DNA of 54,367 bases from an uncultured bacterium (lineage in GTDB: Bacteria > Eisenbacteria > RBG-16-71-46), in NCBI GenBank assembly GCA_964619155.1, contig CAZUEM010000004.1, positions 1-54,367 of the forward strand, in the 5' to 3' direction. The position numbers and the translations under genes are program-made. The notes below the pieces were generated by a model. The model had not been told where the DNA came from. It worked only from the letters and a program-made list of their open reading frames with translations, and did no database searches. Positions 43,682-52,353 of this stretch are shown here, piece by piece. Every line of letters begins with the position of its first letter. Within the stretch, counting starts at the first letter, position 1.

Positions 43682-44034
43682 CCCCGAGCACCCCTTTCGT
43701 TTGCGCGCACCTTAGCACGCACCCCGGACACCCGCCGCCGTCCTGCCGTTTTGGGAATGGGCCGTGCCACGGTGGCAGGTTCGTTCCCCCCGGGCGTTGA
43801 GGCCGGATGGGGATTTCCTTCAGGGCGCGGGCGCAACCTTCGTATTTTCAACCCCGGGCGTTATCGGCGGGGCGGCCGCCCGGCTTTGGCCTGCGGGATG
43901 CAGCGGGCGGGGGGTAGCGCATCGCAATCCGCGCGAGCGTGCGTTCCGGTGCCGGCCCCGCGTGCGGGTGAGGCTGGGCGGCGGATCCGTCCGAACGGCT
44001 CGCGGCGGCCGCTCGATGCTCGAGAGGACCCGCC

Positions 44035-45411
44035 ATGACCGCGCCGAGAAAGCTCCGCACCCTCGTGATGGGGGCCGCGGGACGCGACTTCCACGACTTC
44101 AACGTCTGGTGGAAGCGCCAGCGCGACGTCGAAGTCGTCGCGTTCACCGCCGCGCAGATCCCGGACATCGCCGGCCGCACCTACCCGGCCGAGCTCGCCG
44201 GGCCGGCCTACCCGAACGGCATCCCGATCCACCCCGAGGACCAGCTCGAGTCGCTGATCCGCGACCTCGCCGTGGACCAGGTGGCGTTCGCTTACTCCGA
44301 CGTCTCGCACGAGCACGTGATGCACATGGCCTCGCGCGTGCATGCCGCCGGGGCCGAGTTCCGCCTGCTCGGGCCGCGCCAGACCATGCTGCACAGCACC
44401 AAGCCGGTCATCGCGGTCGGCGCGGTGCGCACCGGCTGCGGCAAGAGCCAGACGTCGCGCCGGGTGGCGAAGATCCTCTCGGGCCTCGGGCTGAAGGTCG
44501 CGGTCATCCGCCACCCGATGCCGTACGGCGACCTGCGCCGGCAGGTGTGCCAGCGCTTCGCCACCATGGCGGACATGGACGCCCACCAGTGCACCATCGA
44601 GGAGCGCGAGGAGTACGAGCCGCACGTCGCGGCCGGCAGCCTCGTCTTCGCCGGAGTGGACTACGAGGTCATCCTGCACGCGGCCGAGCGCGAGGCCGAC
44701 GTGATCCTGTGGGACGGCGGCAACAACGACCTGCCGTTCTACCGCCCGGACCTGGACATCGTCGTCACCGACCCGCACCGCGCGGGGCACGAGATGCGCT
44801 ACTTCCCGGGCGAGGCGAACCTGCGCATGGCCGACCTCGTGATCGTGAACAAGGTGGACACCGCCGACGCGGCCAGCGTCGAGGCCGTCGAGGCGAACAT
44901 CCGCCGGCTGAACCCGAAGGCGGTGGTCCTGCGGGCGAACTCGCCGGTCACCGTGCGCGACCCGTCCCTCGTCGCCGGCAAGCGCGTGCTCGTGGTCGAG
45001 GACGGCCCGACGCTGACCCACGGCGAGATGCGCTACGGCGCCGGCTTCGTGGCCGCCCGCACGCACGGGGCCGCCGCCATCGTGGACCCGCGCCCGTACG
45101 CGGTCGGTTCGCTGAAGGGCGTCTTCGAGAAGTACGGACACCTCTCGCAGGTGCTGCCCGCGATGGGCTACGGCGAGCGCCAGGTCGAGGAACTGCGCGC
45201 CACCATCGCCGCGGTGCCCTGCGACAGCGTGCTCGTCGCCACCCCGATCGACCTCGCGCGCGTGGTGAAGATCGACAAGCCCGCGACGCGCGCGCTCTAC
45301 GAACTCGACGAAGCGGACCACACGGTGCTGCCGCGCGCCATCGAGCAGGCGCTCGAGCGGCATGCGCGTTCGACCGAGGCGTCCCAGGAGGAACGTCATG
45401 CCGGCCACTGA
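44035..45411 (+). CDS. P-loop protein of the family usually annotated cyclic 2,3-diphosphoglycerate synthetase-like / GTPase
   Basis: 458 aa. N-terminal VMGAAGRDFHDFN, Walker A AVGAVRTGCGKSQTS, and later WDGGNNDLPF and VNKVD. Its 3' end overlaps the rocD start by 14 nt. The function in bacteria is uncertain. Confidence 0.7.
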   Translation: MTAPRKLRTLVMGAAGRDFHDFNVWWKRQRDVEVVAFTAAQIPDIAGRTYPAELAGPAYPNGIPIHPEDQLESLIRDLAVDQVAFAYSDVSHEHVMHMASRVHAAGAEFRLLGPRQTMLHSTKPVIAVGAVRTGCGKSQTSRRVAKILSGLGLKVAVIRHPMPYGDLRRQVCQRFATMADMDAHQCTIEEREEYEPHVAAGSLVFAGVDYEVILHAAEREADVILWDGGNNDLPFYRPDLDIVVTDPHRAGHEMRYFPGEANLRMADLVIVNKVDTADAASVEAVEANIRRLNPKAVVLRANSPVTVRDPSLVAGKRVLVVEDGPTLTHGEMRYGAGFVAARTHGAAAIVDPRPYAVGSLKGVFEKYGHLSQVLPAMGYGERQVEELRATIAAVPCDSVLVATPIDLARVVKIDKPATRALYELDEADHTVLPRAIEQALERHARSTEASQEERHAGH

Positions 45412-46636
45412 TCCCCGCCCGGCCGCGGCGGCCGTGGATTCCGAGACCGCCCGCCACATCGCCCTCGTCCAGTACTACAGCGCCCGCAACTACGCGCCGC
45501 TGCCCGTCGTGCTCGCACGCGGCCAGGGCGCGTGGGTGGAGGACGTCGAAGGCCACCGCTACCTCGACATGCTGAGCGCCTACTCGGCGGTCAACTTCGG
45601 GCACTGCCATCCCGAGCTGGTCGAGACCTTCACGCGCCAGGCGGAAACGCTCACGCTCACGTCCCGGGCCTTCCACAACGACCAGTTCGGCCCGTTCTGC
45701 GAGGAGATCACCGAGCTCACCGGGCAGGAGCTGGTGCTGCCGATGAACACCGGCGCGGAGGCGGTGGAGACCGCGCTCAAGACCGCCCGCAAGTGGGGCT
45801 ACAAGGTCAAGGGCGTGCCCGAGGGCAAGGCCGAGATCGTCACCTGCCTCGGCAACTTCCACGGCCGGACGATCACGATCGTCGGCTTCTCGGACGACGC
45901 GCAGTACCGCGACGGATTCGGGCCGTTCACGCCCGGGTTCAAGCTGATCCCGTACGGCGACGTCGCCGCGCTCGAGAAGGCGATCGGGCCCAACACGGTC
46001 GGCTTCCTCGTCGAGCCCATCCAGGGCGAGGGCGGCATCGTCGTGCCGCCGCCCGGGTACCTGAAGGCCGCGGCCGAGCTGTGCCGCAGGCACCGCGTGC
46101 TGTTCATGGCCGACGAGATCCAGACCGGGCTCGCCCGCACGGGCCGGCTTCTCGCGTGCGACCACGAGGACGTGAAGCCCGACGTGCTCATGCTGGGCAA
46201 GGCGCTCGGAGGCGGCATGATGCCGGTCTCGGCCGTGCTGGCCTCGCGCGAGGTGCTCGGCGTGTTCGAGCCCGGCGACCACGGCAGCACGTTCGGGGGC
46301 AACCCGCTCGCCTGCGCGGTGGCCCGCACGGCCATGAAGATCCTGAAACGGGACCGCCTGGCGGAGCGCGCCGAAAGCCTGGGCCGCACGTTCGCCGACG
46401 ACCTGCGCCGTCGCGGGCTGTCCGTGGTGAAGGAGATCCGCGGCAAGGGCCTGCTCATCGGCATCGAGCTCAAGCCCGAGGCGGGCCCGGCCAAGGAGTA
46501 CGCCAAGCGCCTCAAGGCCGAGGGACTGCTGTGCAAGGACACCGTCGAGAGCGTCCTGCGGCTCGCGCCGCCGCTCGTCATCGACCCGGCCGATCTGGAG
46601 TGGGCCAGCGAGCGCATCGCGCGCGTGCTGGCCTGA
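45398..46636 (+). CDS. rocD: Ornithine--oxo-acid aminotransferase
   Basis: ATG 45398 is preceded by AGGAGGA. Class III aminotransferase with OAT-like motifs: NYAPLPVVLARGQGAWVEDVEGHRYLDMLSAYSAVNFGHCHP, EPIQGEGG, DEIQTGLARTG, LGKALGGG (PLP Lys) and HGSTFGGNPLA. Confidence 0.85.
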   Translation: MPATDPRPAAAAVDSETARHIALVQYYSARNYAPLPVVLARGQGAWVEDVEGHRYLDMLSAYSAVNFGHCHPELVETFTRQAETLTLTSRAFHNDQFGPFCEEITELTGQELVLPMNTGAEAVETALKTARKWGYKVKGVPEGKAEIVTCLGNFHGRTITIVGFSDDAQYRDGFGPFTPGFKLIPYGDVAALEKAIGPNTVGFLVEPIQGEGGIVVPPPGYLKAAAELCRRHRVLFMADEIQTGLARTGRLLACDHEDVKPDVLMLGKALGGGMMPVSAVLASREVLGVFEPGDHGSTFGGNPLACAVARTAMKILKRDRLAERAESLGRTFADDLRRRGLSVVKEIRGKGLLIGIELKPEAGPAKEYAKRLKAEGLLCKDTVESVLRLAPPLVIDPADLEWASERIARVLA

Positions 46637-46712
46637 GCGACCCCCTGCGGCCGCCGGGCGGGGCCCGGCGGCCGGTCGGCGCCGGGCACGGCCCGGGCCG
46701 CGAGGACCATCC

Positions 46713-47675
46713 ATGGCGACCATGCTGAAACCCGAGCCGCGCTCCCCGAAGACCGGGCTGCGCCACTACGTCTCGGTGAAGGACCTGAACGCCGACGAGA
46801 CCCTCGGCGTGCTGCACCTCGCCGAGACCCTCAAGCGCGACCAGAAGCAGGGCCGCCCGCACCCGCGGCTGGCGGGCAAGACGCTCGCGATGATCTTCCA
46901 GAAGCCCTCGCTGCGGACCCGCGTGTCGTTCGAGGCGGGCATGACCCAGCTCGGCGGCCACGCGATCTACCTCGGGCCGGACGACATCAAGCTCGGCCAG
47001 CGCGAGACCACCGAGGACATCGCCATCGTGCTCTCGCGCATGGCCGACGTGATCATGGCCCGCGTGTTCGCGCACGTCATCGTCGAGGAGCTGGCCCGCT
47101 ACTCGAGCGCGCCGGTCATCAACGGGCTCTCCGACCACGAGCACCCGTGCCAGGCCCTCGGCGACCTGCTCACGATCCAGGAGCGCAAGAAGCGCCTCAA
47201 GGGCCTCAAGGCCGTGTTCGTCGGCGACGGGAACAACGTCGCGAACTCCCTGCTCTACGGCGCGGCCCTGACCGGCATGCACTGCGTGGTGGCGGGCCCC
47301 GAGGAGTTCGCCGTCTCGGGCGAGGTGCTCGAGGACGCGCGGCGGCTCGCGCGCGGCAGCGGCGCCGAGCTGTCGGCGACCGCCGACCTCGCGGCCGCGG
47401 CGAAGGACGCCGACGTGATCTACACGGACGTCTGGACCAGCATGGGGCAGGAGGCCGAGATGAAGCACCGCAAGCAGGCCTTCAAGCACTACCAGGTCAA
47501 CGCCTCGGTGATGGGCCTGGCGCGCAAGGACGCGATCCTGCTGCACTGCCTGCCGGCGCACTACGGCGAGGAACTCGACTACGAGACCTCGCGCAGCCCG
47601 AACTCGGCGATCTTCGACCAGGCGGAGAACCGCCTGCACGCCCAGAAGGCGCTCATGGTCACGCTGGCCGGCTGA
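46713..47675 (+). CDS. argF: Ornithine carbamoyltransferase
   Basis: 320 aa. Carbamoyl-phosphate motif FQKPSLRTRVSFE, HPCQALGD, ornithine-binding motif DVWTSMGQE, and HCLPAH. Confidence 0.88.
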   Translation: MATMLKPEPRSPKTGLRHYVSVKDLNADETLGVLHLAETLKRDQKQGRPHPRLAGKTLAMIFQKPSLRTRVSFEAGMTQLGGHAIYLGPDDIKLGQRETTEDIAIVLSRMADVIMARVFAHVIVEELARYSSAPVINGLSDHEHPCQALGDLLTIQERKKRLKGLKAVFVGDGNNVANSLLYGAALTGMHCVVAGPEEFAVSGEVLEDARRLARGSGAELSATADLAAAAKDADVIYTDVWTSMGQEAEMKHRKQAFKHYQVNASVMGLARKDAILLHCLPAHYGEELDYETSRSPNSAIFDQAENRLHAQKALMVTLAG

Positions 47676-47693
47676 CGGGGCTGGCGCTTCCGG

Positions 47694-47736
47694 GCGCGGC
47701 CCTTCCGCGGGGAGCGGAGGGGCCGCGCTTTCGCTT
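47694..47736 (+). terminator. Strong intrinsic terminator after argF
   Basis: 15-bp stem gcgcggcccttccgc / gcggaggggccgcgc (one G-U pair), loop gggga, followed by TTTCGCTT. Confidence 0.65.
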
Positions 47737-47764
47737 GTGGGGCCCCGCGGCCGGTCGCTACATT
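47735..47764 (+). promoter_or_regulatory. Candidate sigma-70 promoter for the urate-catabolism operon
   Basis: TTGTGG (47735-47740), an 18-nt spacer, then TACATT (47759-47764), about 40 nt upstream of ATG 47806. The -10 hexamer is the same as in the tRNA-Pro(GGG) candidate promoter. Motif match only. Confidence 0.3.
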
Positions 47765-47805
47765 GCCGCATTCTCGCGCCGCCCATCCTCCAACCCCGCG
47801 GGCCC

Positions 47806-49002
47806 ATGAACTTCGTCCACGAGTGGCTGAACCTCGTCCTGCGCTGGGCCCACGTGATCGCCGCCATCATGTGGATCGGCGACTCGTTCCTCTTCATGTG
47901 GATGGACGCCTCGCTGCGCCGGCCGGCCCGGACGCGCGAGGGCGACGTCGCGGGCGAGTTGTGGATGACGCATTCGGGGGGCTTCTACGAGGTCGTCAAG
48001 CACCGCACGCTGGGCGGGCTGCCGGAGCGGCTCCACTGGTTCAAGTGGCAGAGCTACTGGACCTGGATCACGGGCGTGCTGCTCCTGCTGGTCGTCTACG
48101 GCCTCGGCGGGCGCGCGATGCTCCTGCCCGCCGAATCGGGCCTCGCCCACGGGGCCGCGGTGGCGATCGCCCTCGGGGTGCTCGCCGCTTCGGTGGCCCT
48201 CTACGAAGGCCTGTGCCGCGTGCCCGGCCTGCGCGGCGCGGCGTTCGCGCTCGCCGGGCTCGCGCTCGTCACCGCGCTCGCGTGGGCGCTCGGCCGGGTG
48301 TACTCGCCGCGCGCCGCGTTCCTGCTCACCGGGGCGGCCGTCGGCACGGTCATGACCGCGAACGTCTTCCTCGTGATCATCCCGGGCCAGACCCGCATGC
48401 TGGCCGCGACCCGCGAAGGCCTCCCGCCGGACGCCTCGCACGGCGCGAAGGCCAAGGCGCGCTCGACCCACAACCACTACCTGACGCTGCCGGTGCTGCT
48501 CGTCATGCTCTCGAACCACTTCCCGTCGCTCTGGAGCGCGGAGCACGCGTGGGCGGTGCTCGCGGCGCTCTTCGTGTTCGGGGCGGGCGTCAAGCGCCTC
48601 ATGAACGGCCCGCGCACCGCGCCATGGCCGGTGGCCGCGGGCACGCTCGCCGCACTCGCGGCCGCGGTGGCGCTCACGCTGCCCCCGGGCCCGGGCCCCG
48701 AGGCGCGCGCGCTGGCGGACGCGCCGGCCGTGGACGACGCCACCGCGCGGGCCATCGTCCAGGCCCGGTGCACGAGCTGCCACGCCACGCGCCCCGGTAA
48801 CGAGGCTTTCGCGGCCCCGCCCGCGGGCGTGGTGCTGGAAAGCGTCGAGCAGATGCGCGCGTACGCCGACCGCATCGTCTTCCGCGTGGTCGAGACGAAG
48901 ACCATGCCGCTCGGCAACCTCACGGGCATGACCGAGGAGGAGCGCCGCACGCTCGGCGCCTGGGCGTGGCGGCAGTCGCGCGCGGGACGGGCGGCGCCGT
49001 GA
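47806..49002 (+). CDS. puuD: Membrane-bound urate hydroxylase PuuD-like protein with a C-terminal cytochrome c domain
   Basis: ATG 47806 (MNFVHEWLNLVLRWAHVIAAIMWIGDSFLFMW). Multiple TM helices. The heme-c motif CTSCH lies at nt 48769-48783. It sits at the head of the allB, alc-uraD, uraH, allA operon. Confidence 0.75.
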   Translation: MNFVHEWLNLVLRWAHVIAAIMWIGDSFLFMWMDASLRRPARTREGDVAGELWMTHSGGFYEVVKHRTLGGLPERLHWFKWQSYWTWITGVLLLLVVYGLGGRAMLLPAESGLAHGAAVAIALGVLAASVALYEGLCRVPGLRGAAFALAGLALVTALAWALGRVYSPRAAFLLTGAAVGTVMTANVFLVIIPGQTRMLAATREGLPPDASHGAKAKARSTHNHYLTLPVLLVMLSNHFPSLWSAEHAWAVLAALFVFGAGVKRLMNGPRTAPWPVAAGTLAALAAAVALTLPPGPGPEARALADAPAVDDATARAIVQARCTSCHATRPGNEAFAAPPAGVVLESVEQMRAYADRIVFRVVETKTMPLGNLTGMTEEERRTLGAWAWRQSRAGRAAP

Positions 49003-50390
49003 GCGGCGCCGGCTTCGTGCTGCGCGGCGGCCGCGTGCTCGCCGGGGGCCCGCCGCGACCCGCCGACGTGGTCGTGCGCGCGGGCCGCGTCGCCGCCGTC
49101 GCCCCGCACGGCTCCACCGGCGCGGGCCTGCCCGTGCACGACGCGGAGGACCTGCTCGTCATGCCCGGGGTCGTGGACGCGCACGTGCACGTCAACGAGC
49201 CCGGCCGCACGGAGTGGGAGGGCTGGGAGAGCGCGGGGCTGGCGGCCGCCGCCGGCGGCACCACGACCGTGGTCGAGATGCCCCTGAACGGCATCCCGCC
49301 GACCACCGGTCCGGAGGGCGTACGCGCCCGGGCCTCGGCGCTGTCCGGGAAGTGCCGGGTGGACGTCGCGCTCTGGGGCGGCATCGTCTCGGCGGATCCC
49401 GCCCCGCTGCGCGAACTGGCCGCGCTCGGCGTCGCCGGCTTCAAGTGCTTCCTGAGCCCTTCGGGGGTCCCCGAGTTCCCGCACGTGGGCGAGGCCGAAC
49501 TCGACGTGGTGCTGCCGGTGGCGCGGGAACTCGGGCTGCCCGTCCTCGCGCACGCGGAGTGGCCCGCGGCGCTCGATCGCGCCAGGGCCACCCTGCCCGC
49601 GGGTGCCGATCCGCGCGCCCATGCCACCTGGCTCGCGTCGCGGCCGGTGGAGGCCGAGACCGACGCCATCGGGCGGCTCGTCTCGCTCGCGCGCCGCCAC
49701 GGCGCGCGCCTCCACGTCGTCCACGTCTCGAGCCGCGAGGGCGCGGCGCTCGTGGCGCGCGCGCGCGCCGAGGGCCTGCCGCTCTCGGGCGAGACCTGCC
49801 CGCACTACCTCGCGTTCGAGGCGGCCGAGGTGCCGGACCGGGCGACGCACTACAAGTGCGCGCCCCCCATCCGCGAGGCCGCGCACCGCGAAGCCCTGTG
49901 GAGCGCCCTCGCGGACGGCGGACTCTCGCTGGTGGCGAGCGACCACTCGCCCTGCCCGCAGGGGATGAAGTCGCTCGAGCGCGGCGACTTCATGGCCGCC
50001 TGGGGCGGCATCGCCTCGCTGCAGCTCCTGCTGGCCGCGACCTGGACCGGCGCCGCCGAGCGCGGCCACGACCCCGAACGGCTCGCGGACTGGCTCTGCG
50101 CGGCGCCCGCCGCGCTCGCCGGGCTCTCCGGACGCAAGGGCGCGATCGTCCCGGGCGCCGACGCGGACTTCGTGGCCTGGGACGAGACCGCCACGTTCCG
50201 GGTGGACGTGGACCGCCTGCACCACCGTCACCCGCTGACGCCCTGGCGGGGCCGTACGCTGCGCGGCGTCGTCCACGAGACGTGGCTCCGCGGCCGTCTC
50301 GTCTATCATCGCGACCGGGGTTTCCCGGGCCCGCCCGGCGGAGCCCTGCTCGAGGTCCGGCGCCCCGCCGGCCCATCCGCGGCGAACTGA
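48999..50390 (+). CDS. allB: Allantoinase
   Basis: GTG 48999 overlaps the puuD stop (GTGA). Cyclic amidohydrolase motifs: PGVVDAHVHVNEPGRTEWEG, GFKCFL (carboxylated Lys context) and SDHSPC. Confidence 0.85.
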   Translation: MSGAGFVLRGGRVLAGGPPRPADVVVRAGRVAAVAPHGSTGAGLPVHDAEDLLVMPGVVDAHVHVNEPGRTEWEGWESAGLAAAAGGTTTVVEMPLNGIPPTTGPEGVRARASALSGKCRVDVALWGGIVSADPAPLRELAALGVAGFKCFLSPSGVPEFPHVGEAELDVVLPVARELGLPVLAHAEWPAALDRARATLPAGADPRAHATWLASRPVEAETDAIGRLVSLARRHGARLHVVHVSSREGAALVARARAEGLPLSGETCPHYLAFEAAEVPDRATHYKCAPPIREAAHREALWSALADGGLSLVASDHSPCPQGMKSLERGDFMAAWGGIASLQLLLAATWTGAAERGHDPERLADWLCAAPAALAGLSGRKGAIVPGADADFVAWDETATFRVDVDRLHHRHPLTPWRGRTLRGVVHETWLRGRLVYHRDRGFPGPPGGALLEVRRPAGPSAAN

Positions 50391-50403
50391 AGAAAGGAGT
50401 TCC

Positions 50404-51996
50404 GTGTCCCGGTCCTGTCCGCCTCCCGAGGCGTTCGCGCACCTGACCGAGCTTTCGCTCGAGTGCACCGGATCGTTCGTGCTGTTCGCGACCGACGACT
50501 ACTTCGCACCGGCCGACGCGCTGCTCCGGCCCCACGCGCCCGAGTGGCGCGAGGGCGCCTACACCGAGCGCGGGAAGTGGATGGACGGGTGGGAGTCGCA
50601 GCGCCGACGCACGCCCGGGCACGACTGGGCGGTCGTGCGCCTCGGTACGCCCGGGGCGATCGACGGGGTGGTGTGCGACACCACGCACTTCAAGGGCAAC
50701 GCCCCGCAGGAGGTTTCGCTCGAAGCCGTGGACGCGGCCCCGGGCACTCCGGCCGAGGACCTGCTCGCGCTGCCGGTGGCCGCGAACGCCGCCGAGGCCG
50801 CCGCGCTCGGCGGCCGCGCCTGGGTCGAGATCGTCCCGCGCACCGCGGTCGCCCCGGACTCGGTCAACGTGCTCGCGGTCGCCGTCGCGCTGGCGCGCGC
50901 GAGCCACGTGCGGCTGCGCATCCACCCGGACGGCGGCGTGGCGCGCCTGCGGATCTTCGGCCGCGTGCGCCCCGACCCCGACGTCTTCCTCGGCGCCGGT
51001 TCCGTGGACCTCGCCGCGATCGAGAACGGCGGGACGATCGCGCTCGCCAGCGACGCCTTCTTCGGCCCCCCCGCGAACCTGCTCCTGCCGGGGCGCGGCG
51101 CGGACATGGGCGAGGGCTGGGAGACGCGCCGCCGCCGCACGCCGGGTTCGGACTGGTGCGTCGTCCGTCTCGGCCGCCGGGGCCACGTGCAGCACCTCGA
51201 GCTCGACACCCACTTCTTCAAGGGCAACGCGCCGCAGGCCGTGCGCATCGACGGGCTCGACGCGGACGGGATCGCCGAGTCGGACCTCGACGCCCGCCTC
51301 GCGGCGCCCGGGGGCTGGAGCACGGTGATCGAGCGCACGGCGCTCTCGCCTCACCGGCGCCACCGGCTGGTTCCCGTGCGGCCCGCGCTCGTGACACACC
51401 TGCGCGTGCACATCTTCCCGCACGGCGGCGTCAACCGCCTGCGCGCCTTCGGCGAAGCCGTGGACACGGCCGCCGAGGCCCGCGCGCTCGCCGCGCTGCA
51501 CGCGCTCGCGCCGGGGGAGCGCCGCGAGGCGTTGCGCGCGTTCGGCGCCTCGGACGCGTTCGCCGCGGCGCTCGAGGCGCGTCTCCCCGCGCCGTCGGTG
51601 CGCGCGCTGCTCGCCGCGGCGATGGACGTCCTCGGCTCGCTCGCGCCCGCGCAGCTCGTCGAGGCCTTCGCCGCGCACCCGGAACTCGGGACGCCGCCGC
51701 CGGCCTCGGACGCCTCGGCGCACGCGGCGTGGTCGCGCGCCGAGCAGTCCGCGCTCGGCTCGGGCGCCGTCTCGGCGCTCGAGCGGCTCCGCGCGGGCAG
51801 CGCCGCGTACCGCGAACGCTTCGGGTTCCCGTTCATCGCCTGCGCCTCGGGCCGCGGGGCCGGGGAGCTGGCGGACGCCCTCGAGGAGCGCCTCGCGAAC
51901 GATCGCGAGGCCGAGATCGGCCACGCCGCGCGCGAACTGGCGCGCATCACCCGGCTGCGGATCGGCCGCTGGCTCGCCGCGCACGGCGCGGACTGA
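50404..51996 (+). CDS. alc: Bifunctional allantoicase / OHCU decarboxylase fusion
   Basis: GTG 50404 is preceded by AAGGAG. Two allantoicase repeats: WMDGWESQRRRTPGHDWAVVRLG..HFKGNAPQ and MGEGWETRRRRTPGSDWCVVRLG..FFKGNAPQ. From about nt 51470 there is an OHCU-decarboxylase-like domain: AHPELG..EQS..YRERFGFPFIACASGRGAGELADALEERLANDREAEI..ITRLRI. Confidence 0.8.
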   Translation: MSRSCPPPEAFAHLTELSLECTGSFVLFATDDYFAPADALLRPHAPEWREGAYTERGKWMDGWESQRRRTPGHDWAVVRLGTPGAIDGVVCDTTHFKGNAPQEVSLEAVDAAPGTPAEDLLALPVAANAAEAAALGGRAWVEIVPRTAVAPDSVNVLAVAVALARASHVRLRIHPDGGVARLRIFGRVRPDPDVFLGAGSVDLAAIENGGTIALASDAFFGPPANLLLPGRGADMGEGWETRRRRTPGSDWCVVRLGRRGHVQHLELDTHFFKGNAPQAVRIDGLDADGIAESDLDARLAAPGGWSTVIERTALSPHRRHRLVPVRPALVTHLRVHIFPHGGVNRLRAFGEAVDTAAEARALAALHALAPGERREALRAFGASDAFAAALEARLPAPSVRALLAAAMDVLGSLAPAQLVEAFAAHPELGTPPPASDASAHAAWSRAEQSALGSGAVSALERLRAGSAAYRERFGFPFIACASGRGAGELADALEERLANDREAEIGHAARELARITRLRIGRWLAAHGAD

Positions 51997-52014
51997 GCCG
52001 GAAGAGGAGGACAC

Positions 52015-52353
52015 GTGGGCATCAGCACGCACATCCTGGACACGGTCCGCGGCCGCCCGGCGGCGGGCATTCCCGTGACGCTCGAGGAGCGCCGCGGTCC
52101 CGACTGGCTGCCGGTGGGAGCCGCCGAGAGCGACGCCGACGGGCGCGTGGCGGCGCTGCTGGCGGAGGGACAAGCGCTCACCCCGGGCACGCACCGCCTG
52201 CGCTTCGACCTCGAGGAGTACTGCGCGGCGCAGGGTCGCGCCGCGTTCTTCCCGAGCGTCGAGATCGTCTTCCGCGTCGAGGAGCCGGGCGAGCACTACC
52301 ACGTGCCGCTGCTCCTCAGCGCGTTCGGCTACTCGACGTACCGCGGCTCGTGA
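52015..52353 (+). CDS. uraH: 5-hydroxyisourate hydrolase (transthyretin-like)
   Basis: GTG 52015 is preceded by GGAGGA. 112 aa: STHILDTVRGRPAAGIPV, HYHVPLLLSAFGYSTYRGS (family C-terminal YRGS). Confidence 0.88.
   Translation: MGISTHILDTVRGRPAAGIPVTLEERRGPDWLPVGAAESDADGRVAALLAEGQALTPGTHRLRFDLEEYCAAQGRAAFFPSVEIVFRVEEPGEHYHVPLLLSAFGYSTYRGS

Noticed and set aside
46713-47675. Whether the carbamoyltransferase is an acetyl- or succinyl-ornithine, putrescine or YgeW-type transcarbamylase rather than OTC, given SLRTR instead of STRTR and its position next to purine-catabolism genes.
   Set aside because: The ornithine-binding DVWTSMG and HCLPA motifs are intact. The gene is coupled to rocD and separated from the urate operon by a strong terminator. 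SLRTR variants occur in bona fide OTCs as far as I recall. A phylogenetic placement would settle it.
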